DNA from: Octopus vulgaris
Taxonomy: Eukaryota
NCBI GenBank assembly: GCA_951406725.2
Contig: OX597815.1
Location: 3,038,001-3,102,000, forward strand
Reading direction: 5' to 3'
Length of the DNA stretch: 64,000 nucleotides
In this document: piece after piece, positions 10,560 to 27,258 of the stretch
How the letters are laid out: the number at the start of each line of letters is the position of its first letter
Numbering within the stretch: the first letter of the stretch is position 1
Notes under the pieces: generated by a model
What the model was told of the DNA's origin: nothing
Seen by the model: the letters and a program-made list of their open reading frames with translations, nothing else
Database searches by the model: none
Program-made: the position numbers and the translations under genes

Positions 10560-11972
10560 AACCAGCTCTGGCTCTGTAGTACAAATGTCTTGTTTTCATA
10601 AGTTTTGAATTAAAATCTTCCTCCAAACCTTAGTTATCATTAAGCTAGTGTTAGGAACATAAATTGTGACTAAGTTATTTTACGAAATTCTTTGTTATAT
10701 TTAAAATTAATTGAAAGAAACACAGAGCATCTCAACAGAAATGTGGTAACAAAAGGGTTAAAATATATAATAGAGAAACAATTCTTAACCCTTTTGATAC
10801 CAACCTGGCTGAAACCACCTCTGGTTCTGTAGTACAATTGTCTTGTTTTCTTAAGTTTTGAATTAAAATCTTCTACCAAACCTTAGTCACAATTTATGTT
10901 CCTAACACTAGCTGAATGATAACCAAGTTATTTTACGAAATTCTTTGTTATATTTAAAGTAATTGAAAGAAACACAGAGCATCTCAACAGGAATACAGTA
11001 ACAAAAGGCTTAAAATATATAATAGAGAAACAATTCTTAACCCTTTTGATACAACCCGGCTGAAACCTCCTCTGGCTCTGTAATACAAATGTCTTGTTTT
11101 CAAAACCTGGCTGAAACTGGCTCTGGCTCTGAGTACAAATGTCTTGTTTTCATAAGTTTTGAATTAAAATCTTCCACAATTTATGTTCCTAACACAAGCT
11201 GAATGATAACTAAGTTGTTTTACTAAATTCTTTGTTATATTTAAAATTAATTGAAAGAAACACAGAGCATCTCAACAGAAATATGGTAACAAAAGGGTTA
11301 AAATATATAAAAGAGAAACAATTCTTAACCTTTTTGATACTAACCCGGCTGAAACCTCCTCTGGCTCTGTAATACAAATGTCTTGTTTTCAAAACCTGGC
11401 TGAAACCTCCTCTGGGTCTGTAATACAAATGTCTTGTTTTCAAAACCTGGCTGAAATTGGCTTTGGCTCTGAGTACAAATGTCTTGTTTTCATAAGTTTT
11501 GAATTAAAATCTTCCACAATTTATGTTCCTAACACAAGCTGAATGATAACTAAGTTGTTTTACTAAATTCTTTGTTATCAAGCTGAATGATAACTAAGTT
11601 GTTTTACTAAATTCTTTGTTATATTTAAAATAATTGAAAGAAACACAGAGCATCTCAACAGAAATACAGTAATGAAAGGGTTAAAATATATAAAAGAGAA
11701 ACAATTCTTAACCTTTTTGATACTAACCCGGCTGAAACCTCCTCTGGCTCTGTAATACAAATGTCTTGTTTTCAAAACCTGGCTGAAACTGGCTTTGGCT
11801 CTGAGTACAAATGTCTTGTTTTCATAAGTTTTGAATTAAAATCTTCCACAATTTATGTTCCTAACACAAGCTGAATGATAACTAAGTTGTTTTACGAAAT
11901 TCTTTGTTATATTTAAAATAATTGAAAGAAACACAGAATATCTCAAAATAAATGCAGTAACAAAAGGGTTAA
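10560..11972. repeat. Tandem array of five piggyBac-like MITEs with a constant spacer
   Basis: Units TTAA|CCCTTTTGATAC...GTAACAAAAGGG|TTAA ending at 10757, 11009, 11297, 11680 and 11968. Spacer AATATATAA(T/A)AGAGAAACAATTC. Confidence 0.8.
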
Positions 11973-12009
11973 AATATTCAAAGATTTGATTTTTGTTTTT
12001 GTGTTTCAG

Positions 12010-12181
12010 GGGAGCCAAAGTTCGTCTTGAATGCGAAAACAATCTGGAAGTCGACATAAATGGTTTGGACGAGAACGGTTTCCTGCAAGTGAAGACTGCA
12101 GAAGGGCGCTTGATTAGCGTGCAACCTGATGGCAACACTTTTGACTTTATGAAGAACTTAATTGCAATTAAAACTAATTAG
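12010..12181 (+). CDS. HLCS: Terminal coding exon of holocarboxylase synthetase (biotin-protein ligase)
   Basis: GAKVRL..INGLDENGFLQV..LISVQPDGNTFDFMKNLI matches the BPL C-terminal motif (GLDxxGFLxV..VxPDGNxFDxxxNLI). T-rich tract and TTTCAG acceptor at 12004-12009, TAG stop. Upstream exons not recognised in this window. Confidence 0.9.
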
Positions 12182-12254
12182 ACACCAACACAACAGAAAG
12201 ATTAAATAACTTTACAAAAAAGATAAAGATAAAATGGTCAAATTTCTCTTTCTG

Positions 12255-12260
12255 AATAAA
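12255..12260 (+). promoter_or_regulatory. Candidate polyadenylation signal of HLCS
   Basis: First AATAAA after the stop codon. Alternatives near 13268 and 13434. Confidence 0.35.
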
Positions 12261-12782
12261 TGTCATCTGTGTTACCATGGACACCAAGAGAATAACTTCT
12301 TAGAAGATCTTGCGAACCTTGGTAACATTGTATGTATGTGGGTGTGTGTGTGTGTGTGTGCATGCGAGTGTGCTGACCAGTGACTGTTCATTAATTTTAA
12401 TGAGCCTACAGACTTGAAGTTGAGTATTAAAATCTGCCGACCAAGAAGGTTTGGAGATGTACAGTCTGGCTTAATTGATCATTAGAATAATTGAAGGCAG
12501 CGGGGGTGGGGTGAATGTTTCTCAATTAGACATGAGACCTGACAAACACTACAATAAGCATCCTGACAACAACAGCAACAACAATTTCTATTATTACTTC
12601 TAATTTTGGCGTATGGCCAACAATTTTGTGAAGAGGAGCTGTTAGTGTCATCGACCCCACTATTTGACTGGTACTTTATGTCGACCTCAGCTGGATTTGA
12701 TCTTGCAACATAAACCAGTAGAAACAGCACAAGACATTTTCTCTGGTGCTCCATTGATTTGACCAAACCACTGCTATAATAA

Positions 12783-12915
12783 TCATCATCATCGTTTAAC
12801 GTCCGTTTTCCATGCTAGCATGGGTTGGACGGTTCAACTGGGGTCTGGGAAGCCAGAAGGCTGCGCCAGGCCCATCTGATCTGGCAGTGTTTCTACAGCT
12901 GGATGCCCTTCCTAA
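12783..12915 (-). mobile_element. RTE LINE 3' end fragment
   Basis: (CAT)n followed by CGTTTAACGTCCGTTTTCCATGCTAGCATGGG. Confidence 0.8.
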
Positions 12916-12952
12916 TGATCATAATAATAATAATAATGATGATGATGGTCTC

Positions 12953-13170
12953 AAGGCAGCAAGCTGGCAGAATCGGTTGCATGCCAGGCAAAATGCTCAA
13001 TGGCATTTTGTTCATCTTTATGTTCAGAGTTCAAATTCTGCTGAGGTCAGCATTGCCTTTCATCCTTTCAGAGTTGCTAATATAAGTACCAGTTGAATAT
13101 TGGGGGAGGTTGAAGAATTGACTTACTCTTTCCTCTGAAATTGCTGGCCTTGTGCCAAAATTTGAAATCA
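12953..13170 (+). mobile_element. Old SINE (family GGCGAGCTGGCAGAA...GAGTTCAAATTC)
   Basis: Homologous to 51185-51410, 51590-51822 and 61604-61818. Box B-like GAGTTCAAATTC. Confidence 0.7.
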
Positions 13171-13764
13171 ATAATAATAATTAATAATGATAATAATAAT
13201 GATCTCTAATGCAGACACACAACCAGAATATATCAAACATTCTAGATGCAAGAAAAAATTTTAAATGAATAAAACCTAGTCGGATGCCATCTGCAAATTC
13301 TGTGATTAACAATCCTCACCCACCATTTTCCGTGGTGAATTTTCAAACATTTTAATTAAAATTATTAATTATACATTTTATTTTATTTTGTCTCTTTCTT
13401 TTGTCTTTGTTTTTGAGTTAATGACGGAATTACAATAAATAAAATATTTAAAGAATCTTCCTCTCTGGAGGAATTATAAAAATTTGTTTTTAATCTTTTA
13501 ACATTTCTTTTAAAACATTCGGCTTCATTCGCATCATTTTAATGTTCGCTTTTCCCTGCTTGCGTGACTCGGACAGAATTTGTTGAGGCAGACTTTTCTA
13601 CAGAAAAATGCCTTTCCTGTCTCTAACCTTCCCCTGTTTCCAAGCAAGGTAATGTTTCCCCCAGGACCAAACATTTTTCTAATTAATGACTAGAAATGAA
13701 TAACAGCAGTTGTATGACATAATACGATCTTTACAACCATGACATGATGTCAAGATGAGAGTGT

Positions 13765-13799
<35 letters not shown>

Positions 13800-14059
13800 A
13801 TGGACTTTTTACAATTTCTATATTATTTCTTTATTGCCCACAAGGGGCTAAACATAGAGGGGACAGACAAAAGGGTTACATCGATTGCATCGACCACAGT
13901 GCATACTATAGATATGTAAGTATGTACATATACATACATATGTATACATTTATATATACAAACATACATACGTACATATTTATATATATACAAACATACA
14001 TACGTACATATGTATATATATATATATATACATGCAAACATACATACATACATACGTAC

Positions 14060-14090
<31 letters not shown>

Positions 14091-17000
14091 CATGCAAACA
14101 TACATACATACGTACGTACATATGCCTGTATATATATATACATGCATACTTACGTACATACAAATGCATGTATATACATACATGCATTTGTACGTACGTA
14201 TGTATGTATGAATGTATATATCTATACATGAATATGTACGTACGTATGAATGTATACATGTATATATATATACACATGCATATGTATGCATGTATATATA
14301 TATACACATGCATGTCGACGTACGTATGTATGCATGTATATATATACACATGCATGTATACGTACGTATGCATGTATATATATATATATATATGCATGTG
14401 TACGTATACATGCATGTGTATATATATACATGCATACATACGTACGTACATGCATGTATGTATATATATATACATGTATACGTAGGTACGTACACATGCA
14501 TGTGTATATATATATATATATACATGCATACGTACGTACGTACACATGCATGTGTGTATATATATACATGCATGTGTACCAACTTATGTACATATGCATG
14601 TGTATATATATATATAACATGCATACGTGTACGACACATATGTGTGTATATATATACATGCACACATGTACATACATACATATGTAGGTACGTATATATG
14701 TATGTATATATATATACATACATATGTATGTATATACATACATACATATGTACGTACATATATATGTATGTATATAAGTACATACACACATACATGTATA
14801 TACATACATATGCATGTATATATATATATACATGCATATGTACGTACGTACGTATGTATGCATATATACATACATGCATATGTACGTACGTATGCATGTA
14901 TGTAAGCATGTATATATATACACATGCATATGTACGTACGTACGCATGCATGTATATATATATATATACATACATGCATACGTACGTACACATGCATATA
15001 CGTACGTACATATGCATGTGTGTATATATATACACATGCATATGTACGGGCGTACACATGGATGTGTATATATATATACATGCATACGTCCGGACGTAAA
15101 CATGCATGTGTATATATATGAATACAAACGTACGTACGTACATATATACCTACGTATGCATGTATATATATACACACGCATACGTACGTACACATAATCA
15201 TGTATATGTTACATGCATATGTACACGTACGCACGTATGTATGTATATATATACACACGCATATGTACGTACGTATGTATGCATGTATATATATTAACGC
15301 ATATGTACGTACGTATGTATGTATTAATATAAATACAAACATGCATATGTACGTATATATATGTGTATATATACATACATACATATATATAAATACATAC
15401 GTATGTATATACATACATACATATGTATGCATATACATACATACATATATACGTACATACATATATACGTACAAATGCACGTATATATACACATACGTAC
15501 GTACGTACATATGCATATATATTGATACATGCATACATACATACATACATACGTACGTACGCATGAATATATATAAATGCACACAATCATACATACGTAC
15601 GTACGTACATATGCATGTATATATATACATGCATATGTATGTATGTACATATGTATGTATGTATGTATATATATACATACATATATATGTACGTACGTAT
15701 GTATGTATGTATATACATACATGTATATGTACATACATATGTATGTATGTATATATATACATACATAAATATGTACATACATATATATGTATGTATATAC
15801 ATATATATATGTATGTACATATCTATGTATGTATATATACATATGTACGTACAAATATATGTATGTATATATATACGTATACATACATACATATGTACAT
15901 ACATATGCATGTATATATATACATGCATATGTACGTACGTACGTATGTATGAACGTGTGCATTTATATATATTCATGCGTACGTACGTACGTATGTATGT
16001 ATGTATGCATATATATACATACATGCATATGTACGTAAGTCCGTACGTATGTATGTACGCATGTATATATATACATGCATATGTACCTACGTACGTACGT
16101 ATGTATGTATGTATGCATGTATATGTATACATGCATATGTACGTACGAACGTATGTGTATATATACGTGCATTTGTACGTAAGTAAGTATTTATGTATGT
16201 ATATATATACATGCATATGTACGTACGTACGTATGCATTTATTTATATAAACATGCATATGTACGTACGTACGTATGCATGTATGTATTTCTACACATGG
16301 ATATGTACGTACGTATGAATGTATATATATATATACACCTGCATATGTACGTACGTACGTATGCATGTATAAATATTATTGCATATGTACGTACGTACGT
16401 ATGCATGTATATATATATACACATGCATGTGTACGTACGTACGTAAGCATGTATATATGTATACACATGCATATGTACGTACGTACGTATTCATGTATAT
16501 ATATATATACACATGAATATGTACGTACGTACGTATGCATGTATATATGTATACACATGCATAAGTACGTACGTATGTATGAATATATGCATGTATATAT
16601 ATTCATGCATATGTACGTACGTACGTATGTATGGATATATACACATACATGCATATGTACGTACGTATGTATGTATGTAAGCATGTATATATATACATGC
16701 ATTTGTATGTACGTATGTATGTATGCATATATATATATATATATACAAATGCATGTGTACGTACGTACGCATGTATAAATATATACACATGCATATGTAC
16801 GTACGTATGCATGTATATATATACATACACATGCATATGTACGTACGTACGTATGCATTTATTTATATATAAACATGCATATGTACGTACGTACGTATGC
16901 ATGTATGTATTTCTACACATGGATATGTACGTACGTACGTATGCATGTATATATGTATACACATGCATATGTACGTACGTACGTATGCATGTATATATTT

Positions 17001-20000
17001 CTTCACATGGATATGTACGTACGTATGAATGCATATATATATATACACCTGTATATGTACGTACGTACGTATGCATGTATAAATATTATTGCATATGTAC
17101 GTACGTACGTATGCATGTATATATATATACACATGCATGTGTACGTACGTACGTATGCATGTATATATGTATACACATGCATATGTACGTACGTACGTAT
17201 TCATGTATATATATATATACACATGCATGTGTACGTACGTACGTATGCATGTATATATGTATACACATGCATAAGTACGTACGTATGTATGAATATATGC
17301 ATGTATATATATTCATGCATATGTACGTACGTACGTACGTAGGTATGGATATATACACATACATGCATATGTACGTACGTATGTATGTATGTAAGCATGT
17401 ATATATATACATGCATTTGTATGTACGTATGTATGTATGCATATATATATATATATATATACAAATGCATGTGTACGTACGTACGCATGTATAAATATAT
17501 ACACATGCATATGTACGTACGTATGCATGTATATATATACATACGCATGCATATGTACGTACGTACGTATGCATGTATATATATATACACATGCATATGT
17601 ACGTACGTACACAAGCATGTGTATATATATATACATGCATACGTACGTACACATGCATGTGTACGTACGTACATATGCATGTGTGTATATATATACACAT
17701 ACATATGTACGGGCGTACGCACATATTCATGTATATATATATATGCAATTGTACGTACGTATATATGTATGTAAGCATGTATATATATATACATGCTTTT
17801 GTACGTACGTATGTATGTATGCATGTATATATATACACATGCATGTGTATGTACGTACGCATGCATGTATATATATATGTACGTAGTACGTACATAGGCA
17901 TTTATATGTACATATATACGTATGTAGTATGTACGTATGCATGTATATATATACACATGCATATGTACGTACGTACACATCCATGTGTATATATATATAC
18001 ATGCATACGTCCGTACGTACACATGCATGTGTATATATATGCATGCATACGTACGTACACATATGTACCTACGTATGCATTTATATATATACACATGCAT
18101 ATATACGTACGTACGTATGCATGTATATATATACACACGCATATGTACGTACGTACGTAAGCATGTATTTATACATGCATATGTACGTACGCACGTATGC
18201 ATGTATATATTCATGCATACGTACGTACGTACGTATGCATGTATATATATATACATGCATATGTACGTACGTACGTATGCATGTATATATATACATGCAT
18301 ATGTACGTACGTATGCTTCTATAAATATTATTGCATATGTACGTACGTACGTGTACATGTATATATATACATGCATATGTACGTACGTATGCATGTATAT
18401 ATTCATGCATATGAACGTACGTACGTATAAATGTATATATATAAATACATGCATATGTACGTAAGTACGTATGCATGTATATATATTAACGCATATGTAC
18501 GTACGTACGTATGCATGTATATATATACATGCATATGTACGTACGTACGTATGTATGTATTTATATACATACACACATGCATATGTACGTACATATATAT
18601 GTATGTATATATATATATACATACATACATACATATGTATGTACATATATATGTATGTATATATACATAAATACATACATATATACATACATACATATGT
18701 ACGTACATATATATGTATGTATATATATACATACATACATATGTACATACATACATATGCATGTATATATATACATGCATATGTACGTACGTACGTATGT
18801 ATTAATTTGTGCATTTATATATATTCATGCGTATGTACGTACGTACGTATGTATGTATGTATGTATATATATACATACATGCATATGTACGTAAGTCCAT
18901 ACGTATGTATGTACGCATGTATATATATACATGCATATGTACGTACGTACGTATGTATGTATGCATATACATACATACGTACGTACGTACGTATGTATTT
19001 ATGTATGCATGTATATATATACATGCATATGTACGTACGCACGTATGCATGTATATATTCATGCATATATACGTACGTACGTATGCATGTATATATATAT
19101 ACATGCATATGTACGTACGTAGTATGCATGTATATATATACATACGTACGTACGTATACATGTATATATATACATGCATATGTACGTATACATGTATATA
19201 TATACACACATGCATATGTACGAACGTATCTATGTCTTTATATACTTACACACATATATATGTATGTATCTACATACGTATGTATGTATATACATACATA
19301 TGTATATATATATACATACATACATATATATGTATGTATCTACATACGTATGTATGTATATACATACATACATATGTATATATATATACATACATACATA
19401 GGTATGTATATACATACATACATATGTATGCATATACATACATACACATATATGTATGTTTATACATACATACATAAATATGTACGTACATATTTATGTA
19501 TGTATATATATACATACATACATACATATGTATGTACATATATATGTTTGTATATATATACATACATACATATATACATACATACATATGTACGTACATA
19601 TATATGTATGTATATATATACATACATATGTACATACATACATATGCATGTATATATATACATGCATATGTACGTACGTACGTATGTATGAATTTGTGCA
19701 TTTATATATAATCATGCGTATGTACGTACGTACGTACGTATGTATGTATGTATGTATGTATGCATGTATTAATATACATGCATATGTACGTACGTACGTA
19801 TGTATGTATGTATGCATATATGTATGTATGCATATGTACGTACGTACGTACGTATGTATGTACGCATGTATATATATACATACATATGTACGTACGGACG
19901 TATGTATGTCTATACATACATGCATACGTACGTAAGTACGTACGTATGTATGTATGCATGTATATATGTACATGCATATGTACGTACGTATCTATATATA

Positions 20001-23000
20001 TACATGCATTTGTACGTACGTACTTATGTATGCATGTATGTATATATATACACATGCATGTGTACGTACGTACGTACGTATGCATGCATTTATATATACA
20101 CATGCATTTGTACGTATGTACGTATGCATGTATATATATATATATACACATGCATATGTATGTACGTACGTATGCATGTATAAATATTATTGCATATATT
20201 CGTACGTACGTATGCATGTATATATATATATACACACGCATGTGTACGTACGTACGTAAGCTGGTATATATTTATACATATAGATATGTACGTACGTATG
20301 CATGTATATATATATATACACATGCATATGTACGTACGTACGTATGCATGTATATATGTATACACATGCATATGTACCTACGTACGTATGCATGTATATA
20401 TTTCTACACATGGATATGTACGTATGTATGCAAGTATATATGTACGTACGCATGCATGTATATATGTATACACATGCATATGTACGTACGTATGTATGAA
20501 TGTATGCATGTATATATATTCATGCATATGTACGTACGTACGTATGTATGTATGCATTTAAAAATATACATGCATTTGTACGTATGTATGCATGTTTATA
20601 TATACATGCATATGTACGCACGTACGTATGTATGCATATATATACATACATGCATATGTACGTACGTATGTAAGCATGTATATATATACATGCATTTGCA
20701 CGTACGTATGTATTTATGCATGTATGTATATATATATATGCAAATGCATGTGTACGTACGTACGCATGTATAAATATATACACATGCATATATACGTACG
20801 TATGCATGTATATAGATATACGCATGCATACGTACGTACGTACGTATGCATGTATATATATATATACATGCATATGTACGTACGTACACAAGCATGTGTA
20901 TATGTATATACATGCATCCGTGCGTACGTACACAAGCTTGTGTATATATACATGCATACGTACGTACACATGCATGTGTTAGTACGTACACATGCATGTG
21001 TGTATATATATACACATGCATATGTACGGGCGTACCCATATATGCATGTATATATATATATGCATATGTACGTACGTATGTATGTATGTAAGCATGTATA
21101 TATATACATGCATTTGTACGTATGCATGTATGCATGTATATACATACACATGCATGTGTACGTACGTACGCATAAATGTATATATATATGTACGTACATA
21201 TGCATGTATATGTATATATATACATATGTAGTACGTACGTATGAATGTATATATATATACACATGCATATGTACGTACGTACACATGCATGTGTATAGAT
21301 ATATACATGCATACGTCCGTACGTACACATGCATGTGTTTAAATATGCATGCATACGTAGGTAGACATATGTACCTACGTATGCATTTATATATATACAC
21401 ATGCATATATACGTACGTACGTATGCATGTAAATATATACACACGCATATGTACGTACGTACGTAAGCATGTATTTATACATGCATATGTACGTACGCAC
21501 GTATGCATGTATATATTCATGCATATGTACGTACGTACGTATGCATGTATATATATATACATGCATATGTACGTACGTAGTATGCATGTATATATATACA
21601 TGCATATGTACGTACGTATGCATGTATATATACATGCATATGTACGTAGGCACGTATGCATGTATATATTCATGCATATGTACGTACGTACGTATAAATG
21701 TATATATATATACATGCATATGTACGTACGTACGTATGCATGTATATATATATTAACGCATATGTACGTACGTACGTATGCATGTATATATATACATGCA
21801 TATGTACGAACGTATGTATGTATTTATATACATACACACATGCATATGTACGTACATATATATGTATGTATATATATACATACCTACATACATATGTATT
21901 TACATATATATGTATGTATATATACATAAATACATACATATATACATACATACATATATATGTATGTATATATACACATACATACATATGTACATACATA
22001 CATATGCATGTATATATATACATGGATATGTACGTACGTACGTATGTATTGATGTATTAAAAATATACATGCATTTGTACGTATGTATGCATGTTTATAT
22101 ATACATGCATATGTACGTACGTACGTATGTATGCATATATATACATATATGCATATGTACGTACGTATGTATGTATGTAAACATGTATATATATACATGC
22201 ATTTGTACGTACGCATGTATGTATGCATGTATGTATGTATATATATATATATATACAAATGCATGTGTACGTACGTACGTACGTACGCATGTATAAATAT
22301 ATACACATGCATATGTACGTACGTATGCATGTATATAGATATACACATGCATATGTACGTACGTACGTATGCATGTATATATATATATATACATGCATAT
22401 GTACGTACGTACACAAGCATGTGTATATGTATATACATGCATCCGTGCGTACGTACACATGCATGTATATATATATATATATATATACATGCATACGTAC
22501 GTACGTACACAAGCTTGTGTATATATACATGCATACGTACGTACACATGCATGTGTACGTACGTACATATGCATGTGTGTATATATATACACATGCATAT
22601 GTACGGGCGTACGCACATATGCATGTATATATATATATGCATATGTACGTACGTATGTATGTATGTAAGCATGTATATATATACATACATTTGTACGTAC
22701 GTATGTATGTATGCATGTATATACATTCACATGCATGTGTACGTACGTACGCATGCATGTGTATATATATATATATGTACGTACGTACGTACATATGCAT
22801 GCATTTATATATACATATGTAGTACGTACGTATGTAGGTATATATATATACACATGCTTATGGACGTACGTACACATGCATGTGTATATATATAGACATG
22901 CATACGTCCGTACGTACACATGCATGTGTATATATATGCATGCATACGTACGTACACATATGTTACTACGTTTGCATGTATATATATACACACACATATG

Positions 23001-24165
23001 TACGTACGTACGTAAGCTTGTATATATACATGCATATGTACGTACGCACGTATGCATGTATATATTCGTGCATATGTACGTACGTACGTATGCATGTATA
23101 TATATTAACGCATATGTACGTACGTATGCATGTATATATATACATGCATATGTACGAACGTATGTATGTATTTATATACATACACACATGCATATGTACG
23201 TACATATATATGTATGTATATATATACATACATACATACATATGTACACATATATATGTATGTATATATATATACATACATACATACATAGGTATGTATA
23301 TACATATATATGTATGTATATACATACATATGTATGTATATACATACATACATATATATGTATGTATCTACGTACATACATAAATATACGTACGTACATA
23401 TTTATGTATGTATATATATACATACATGCATACATATATACATACATACATATGTACGTACATATATATGTATGTATATATATACATACATATGTACATA
23501 CATACATATGCATGTATATATATACATGCATATGTACGTACGTACGTATGTATGAATGTGTGCATTTATATATATTCATGCGTATGTACGTACGTACGTA
23601 TGTATGTATGTATGTATGTATCAATATACATGCATATGTACGTACGTACGTATGTATGTATGTATGCATATATATACATACATGCATATGTACGTAAGTC
23701 CGTACGTATGTATGTACGCATGTATATATATACATGCATATGTACGTACGTACGTATGTATGTATGCATATACATACATGCATACGTACGTACGTACGTA
23801 TGTATTTATGTATGCATGTATATATATACATGCGTATGTACGTATGTAAGCATGTATATATATACATGCATTTGTACGTAAGTAAGTATGTATGTATGCA
23901 TATATATATATATATACATGCATATGTACGTACGTACGTATGTATGCATGTATGTATATATATACACAGGCATGTGTACGTACGTACGTATGAATGAATA
24001 TATATATACACATGCATATGTATGTACGTACGTATGCATGTATAAATATTATTGCATATGTTCGTACGTACGTATGCATGTATATATATATACACATGCA
24101 TGTGTACGTACGTACGTAAGCCTGTATATATTTATACACATAGATATGTACGTACGTACGTATGC

Positions 24166-24209
<44 letters not shown>

Positions 24210-24761
24210 GCATATGTACGTATTCATGTATATATTTATACACATGCATATGTACCAACGTACGTATGCATGTATATATTTCTACACATGGATATGTACG
24301 TACGTACGTATGCATGTATATATATATATATATACACATGCATGTGCACGTACGTACGTATGTATATATTTATACACATGTATATGTACATACGTACGTG
24401 GGCATGTATATATTTATACACATGGATATGTACGTACGTATGTATTTATATATATATGTACATACGTACGTATGCATGTATATATATATATATACATGCA
24501 TATGTACGTACGTACGTATGTATGTAATCATGTATATACATACATGCATTTGTACGTACGTAAGTATGCATGTATGCATGTATATATATATACATGCATA
24601 TGTACGTACGTACTTACGTATGCATGTATATATATACACTTGCATGTGTATGACGTACATATGCATGTCTATATATATACATATGCATGTGTACGTACGT
24701 ACGTACGTATGCATGTATATATATATACACATGCATGTGTACGTACGTACGTATGCATGTA

Positions 24762-24952
24762 TAACGCGAAGCTTTATGAAAATAAACAAAAGACGAAGGC
24801 AGGTGGAGTACAAACAAACAATTGTATTAGTATGCCGCTCGGGAATAGAAATAGAAAAAGTCTTTTATGTTTCGAACCTACGCTCCTCGACGGAAAGATA
24901 CACAGAAAAGAAACACGGAGAGAAATAAATGCGTGCAGAATCTAGGGAATCA
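24762..24952 (-). mobile_element. Short non-coding insertion in the satellite, possibly Penelope-derived
   Basis: Complex sequence in a TA context. Minus strand has CCGTCGAG-GAGC-GTAG-GTTC-GAAAC-ATA-AAAG, an HHR-like but non-canonical motif. Related piece at ~60105-60140. Confidence 0.4.
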
Positions 24953-26169
24953 TATATATATATATACACATGCATGTGTATATATATATATACACATGCA
25001 TATATACCTACGTACTTATGCATGTATATATGTATATACACATGCATATGTACGTACGTATGTATGCATGTATATATATATATATATATATATGATGTAT
25101 GTATGTATGCATGCATATATATGTACACATGCATGTGTACGTACGTATGCATGTATATATATACACATGCATATGTACGTACGTACGTATGCATGTATAT
25201 ATCGTATATATGTATATATATATACACTTGCATATATACGTACGTACGTATGCACGTATATATGTATATACATGCATATGTACCTACGTACGTATGTATG
25301 CATGTTTATATATATACATGCATATGTACGTACGTACGTATTTATGCATTTATATATATACATGCATATGTACGTACGTACGTATGTATGCATTTATATA
25401 TATACATGCATATGTACGTAGGTACGTTTGTATGTATGTATATATATACATACGTACGTACGTATGTATGTATGTATGCCTGTATATATGTATACATGCG
25501 TATGTACGTACGTATGCATGTATGTATGCATGTATATATATATATACATGCATATGTACGTACGTACCAACGTATGTATATATGTATGCATGTATATATA
25601 TACACATGCATGTGTATATGTATGCATGTATATGCATGTATGCATGTATGTATGCATGTATATTTATATATATACACATGCATATGTACGTACATACGTA
25701 TGCATATTTATATACAAACACATGGATATGTACGTACGTCCGCATGCATGTATATATATACACATGCATATGTACTTAGGTACGTATGCATGTATAGATA
25801 TACACATGCATATGTACGTACGTACGTATGCCTGTGTATATATACACACATGCATATGTACGTACGTATGTACATATGTATATATATATACACATGCATA
25901 TGTACGTACGTACGTATGCATGTATATATATATACACATGCATATCTACGTACGTACGTATGCATGTATATATATTAATGCATATGTACGTACGTACGTA
26001 TGTATGTATATATATATATATACATGCATATGTACGTACGTACGTATGCAGGTGTATATATACGTGCATATGTACGTACGTACGTATGCATGTATATATA
26101 TTAATGCATATGTACGTACGTACGTATGCATGTATATATATATACATGCATATATAGAGGATCTTCGGT

Positions 26170-27018
26170 AATATAGAGGATCTTCGTCGATGCCTCCACC
26201 AAATTTGGAAGTGGTCTAACGATTGGGACCTGTGTCTGAACGTGTCAAAGTGCTGTCATCTGCCTGTTGGCTCTACTCCTGCAACTCAACTTGATTTCGA
26301 GCCGGGTCGTCTGCTGCTGGAGAGGACCGATCAGGTAAAGGACCTGGGTATCTTGGTGGATTCCTCCTTTTCGCCTTCGGCCCAGTGCGCCCATGCTGCC
26401 AACAAAGCACGCGGAATTCTGTTCTTGATTCGACGGTCATTCGGAATGCTCACAGCAGCCATATTCCTACCACTCTATGTCACGCTGGTGAGACCCATAT
26501 TGGAGTATGGGATTCAAGCCTCTTCTCCTTATCTCCTCAAAGACAGACAGCATCTCGAAAGAGTCCAGAAGCTGGCTACCCGCATGGTTCATGGTCTCAA
26601 AAATTTGTCCTACGAAGAAAGGCTGAGGACGCTCGACCTTTATTCTCTTGAAAAACGCCGCCGCCGTGGTGATCTCATTCTCGCCCACAACATCATAAGC
26701 GGAAAGTGTAACCTCTCGAGAGAGCTGTTCTTCACTCCTGCTCCAGAGCGTCGGCTGCGGGGTCATTCCGAAAAGCTCTACTTGCGACGATTTCATCTCA
26801 ATCGAAGGAGAGGAGCTTTCTCCGCCCGGGTTGCGGATCCGTGGAACAAGCTGCCAGACGAGATGGTGAAGATGCCGACGACCGCTTTGTTCAAAGCCTC
26901 CCTGGACCTCAAGTGGCCTGAACTCTTTACATGAACACCACCCTGTACTTAACTCCATGTCCCCCTACATTGCCTTGCTATTTGCTTTTGAGCCAAATTA
27001 ACTAACTAACTAACTAAC
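26170..27018 (+). mobile_element. 5'-truncated CR1-group LINE (family C) with (TAAC)n tail
   Basis: ORF 26242-26934: KDLGILVD..LYVTLVRPILEYG..LYSLEKRRRRGDLI..WNKLP. Tail ACTAACTAACTAAC. Confidence 0.9.
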
Positions 27019-27227
27019 ATATGTACGTACGTACGTATGTATGTATATATATACATGCATACATGCATATGTACATACGTATATATGTATGTATTTATAT
27101 ACATACACACATACATACATACCTATGTACGTACGTATATATATGTATATATATATACATACACACATACATACATACATATGTACGTACATATATATGT
27201 ACGTATATTGATACATACATACATACA

Positions 27228-27258
<31 letters not shown>

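Noticed and set aside
10560-11972. CRISPR-like repeat-spacer pattern
   Set aside because: Eukaryotic context, constant spacers, units are MITEs and there are no cas genes.
13823-26171. Dozens of long Y/I/H/T/M/C/V-rich ORFs
   Set aside because: Translation artefacts of stop-poor RY microsatellites. The same applies at 30-35, 41-43 and 47-48 kb.
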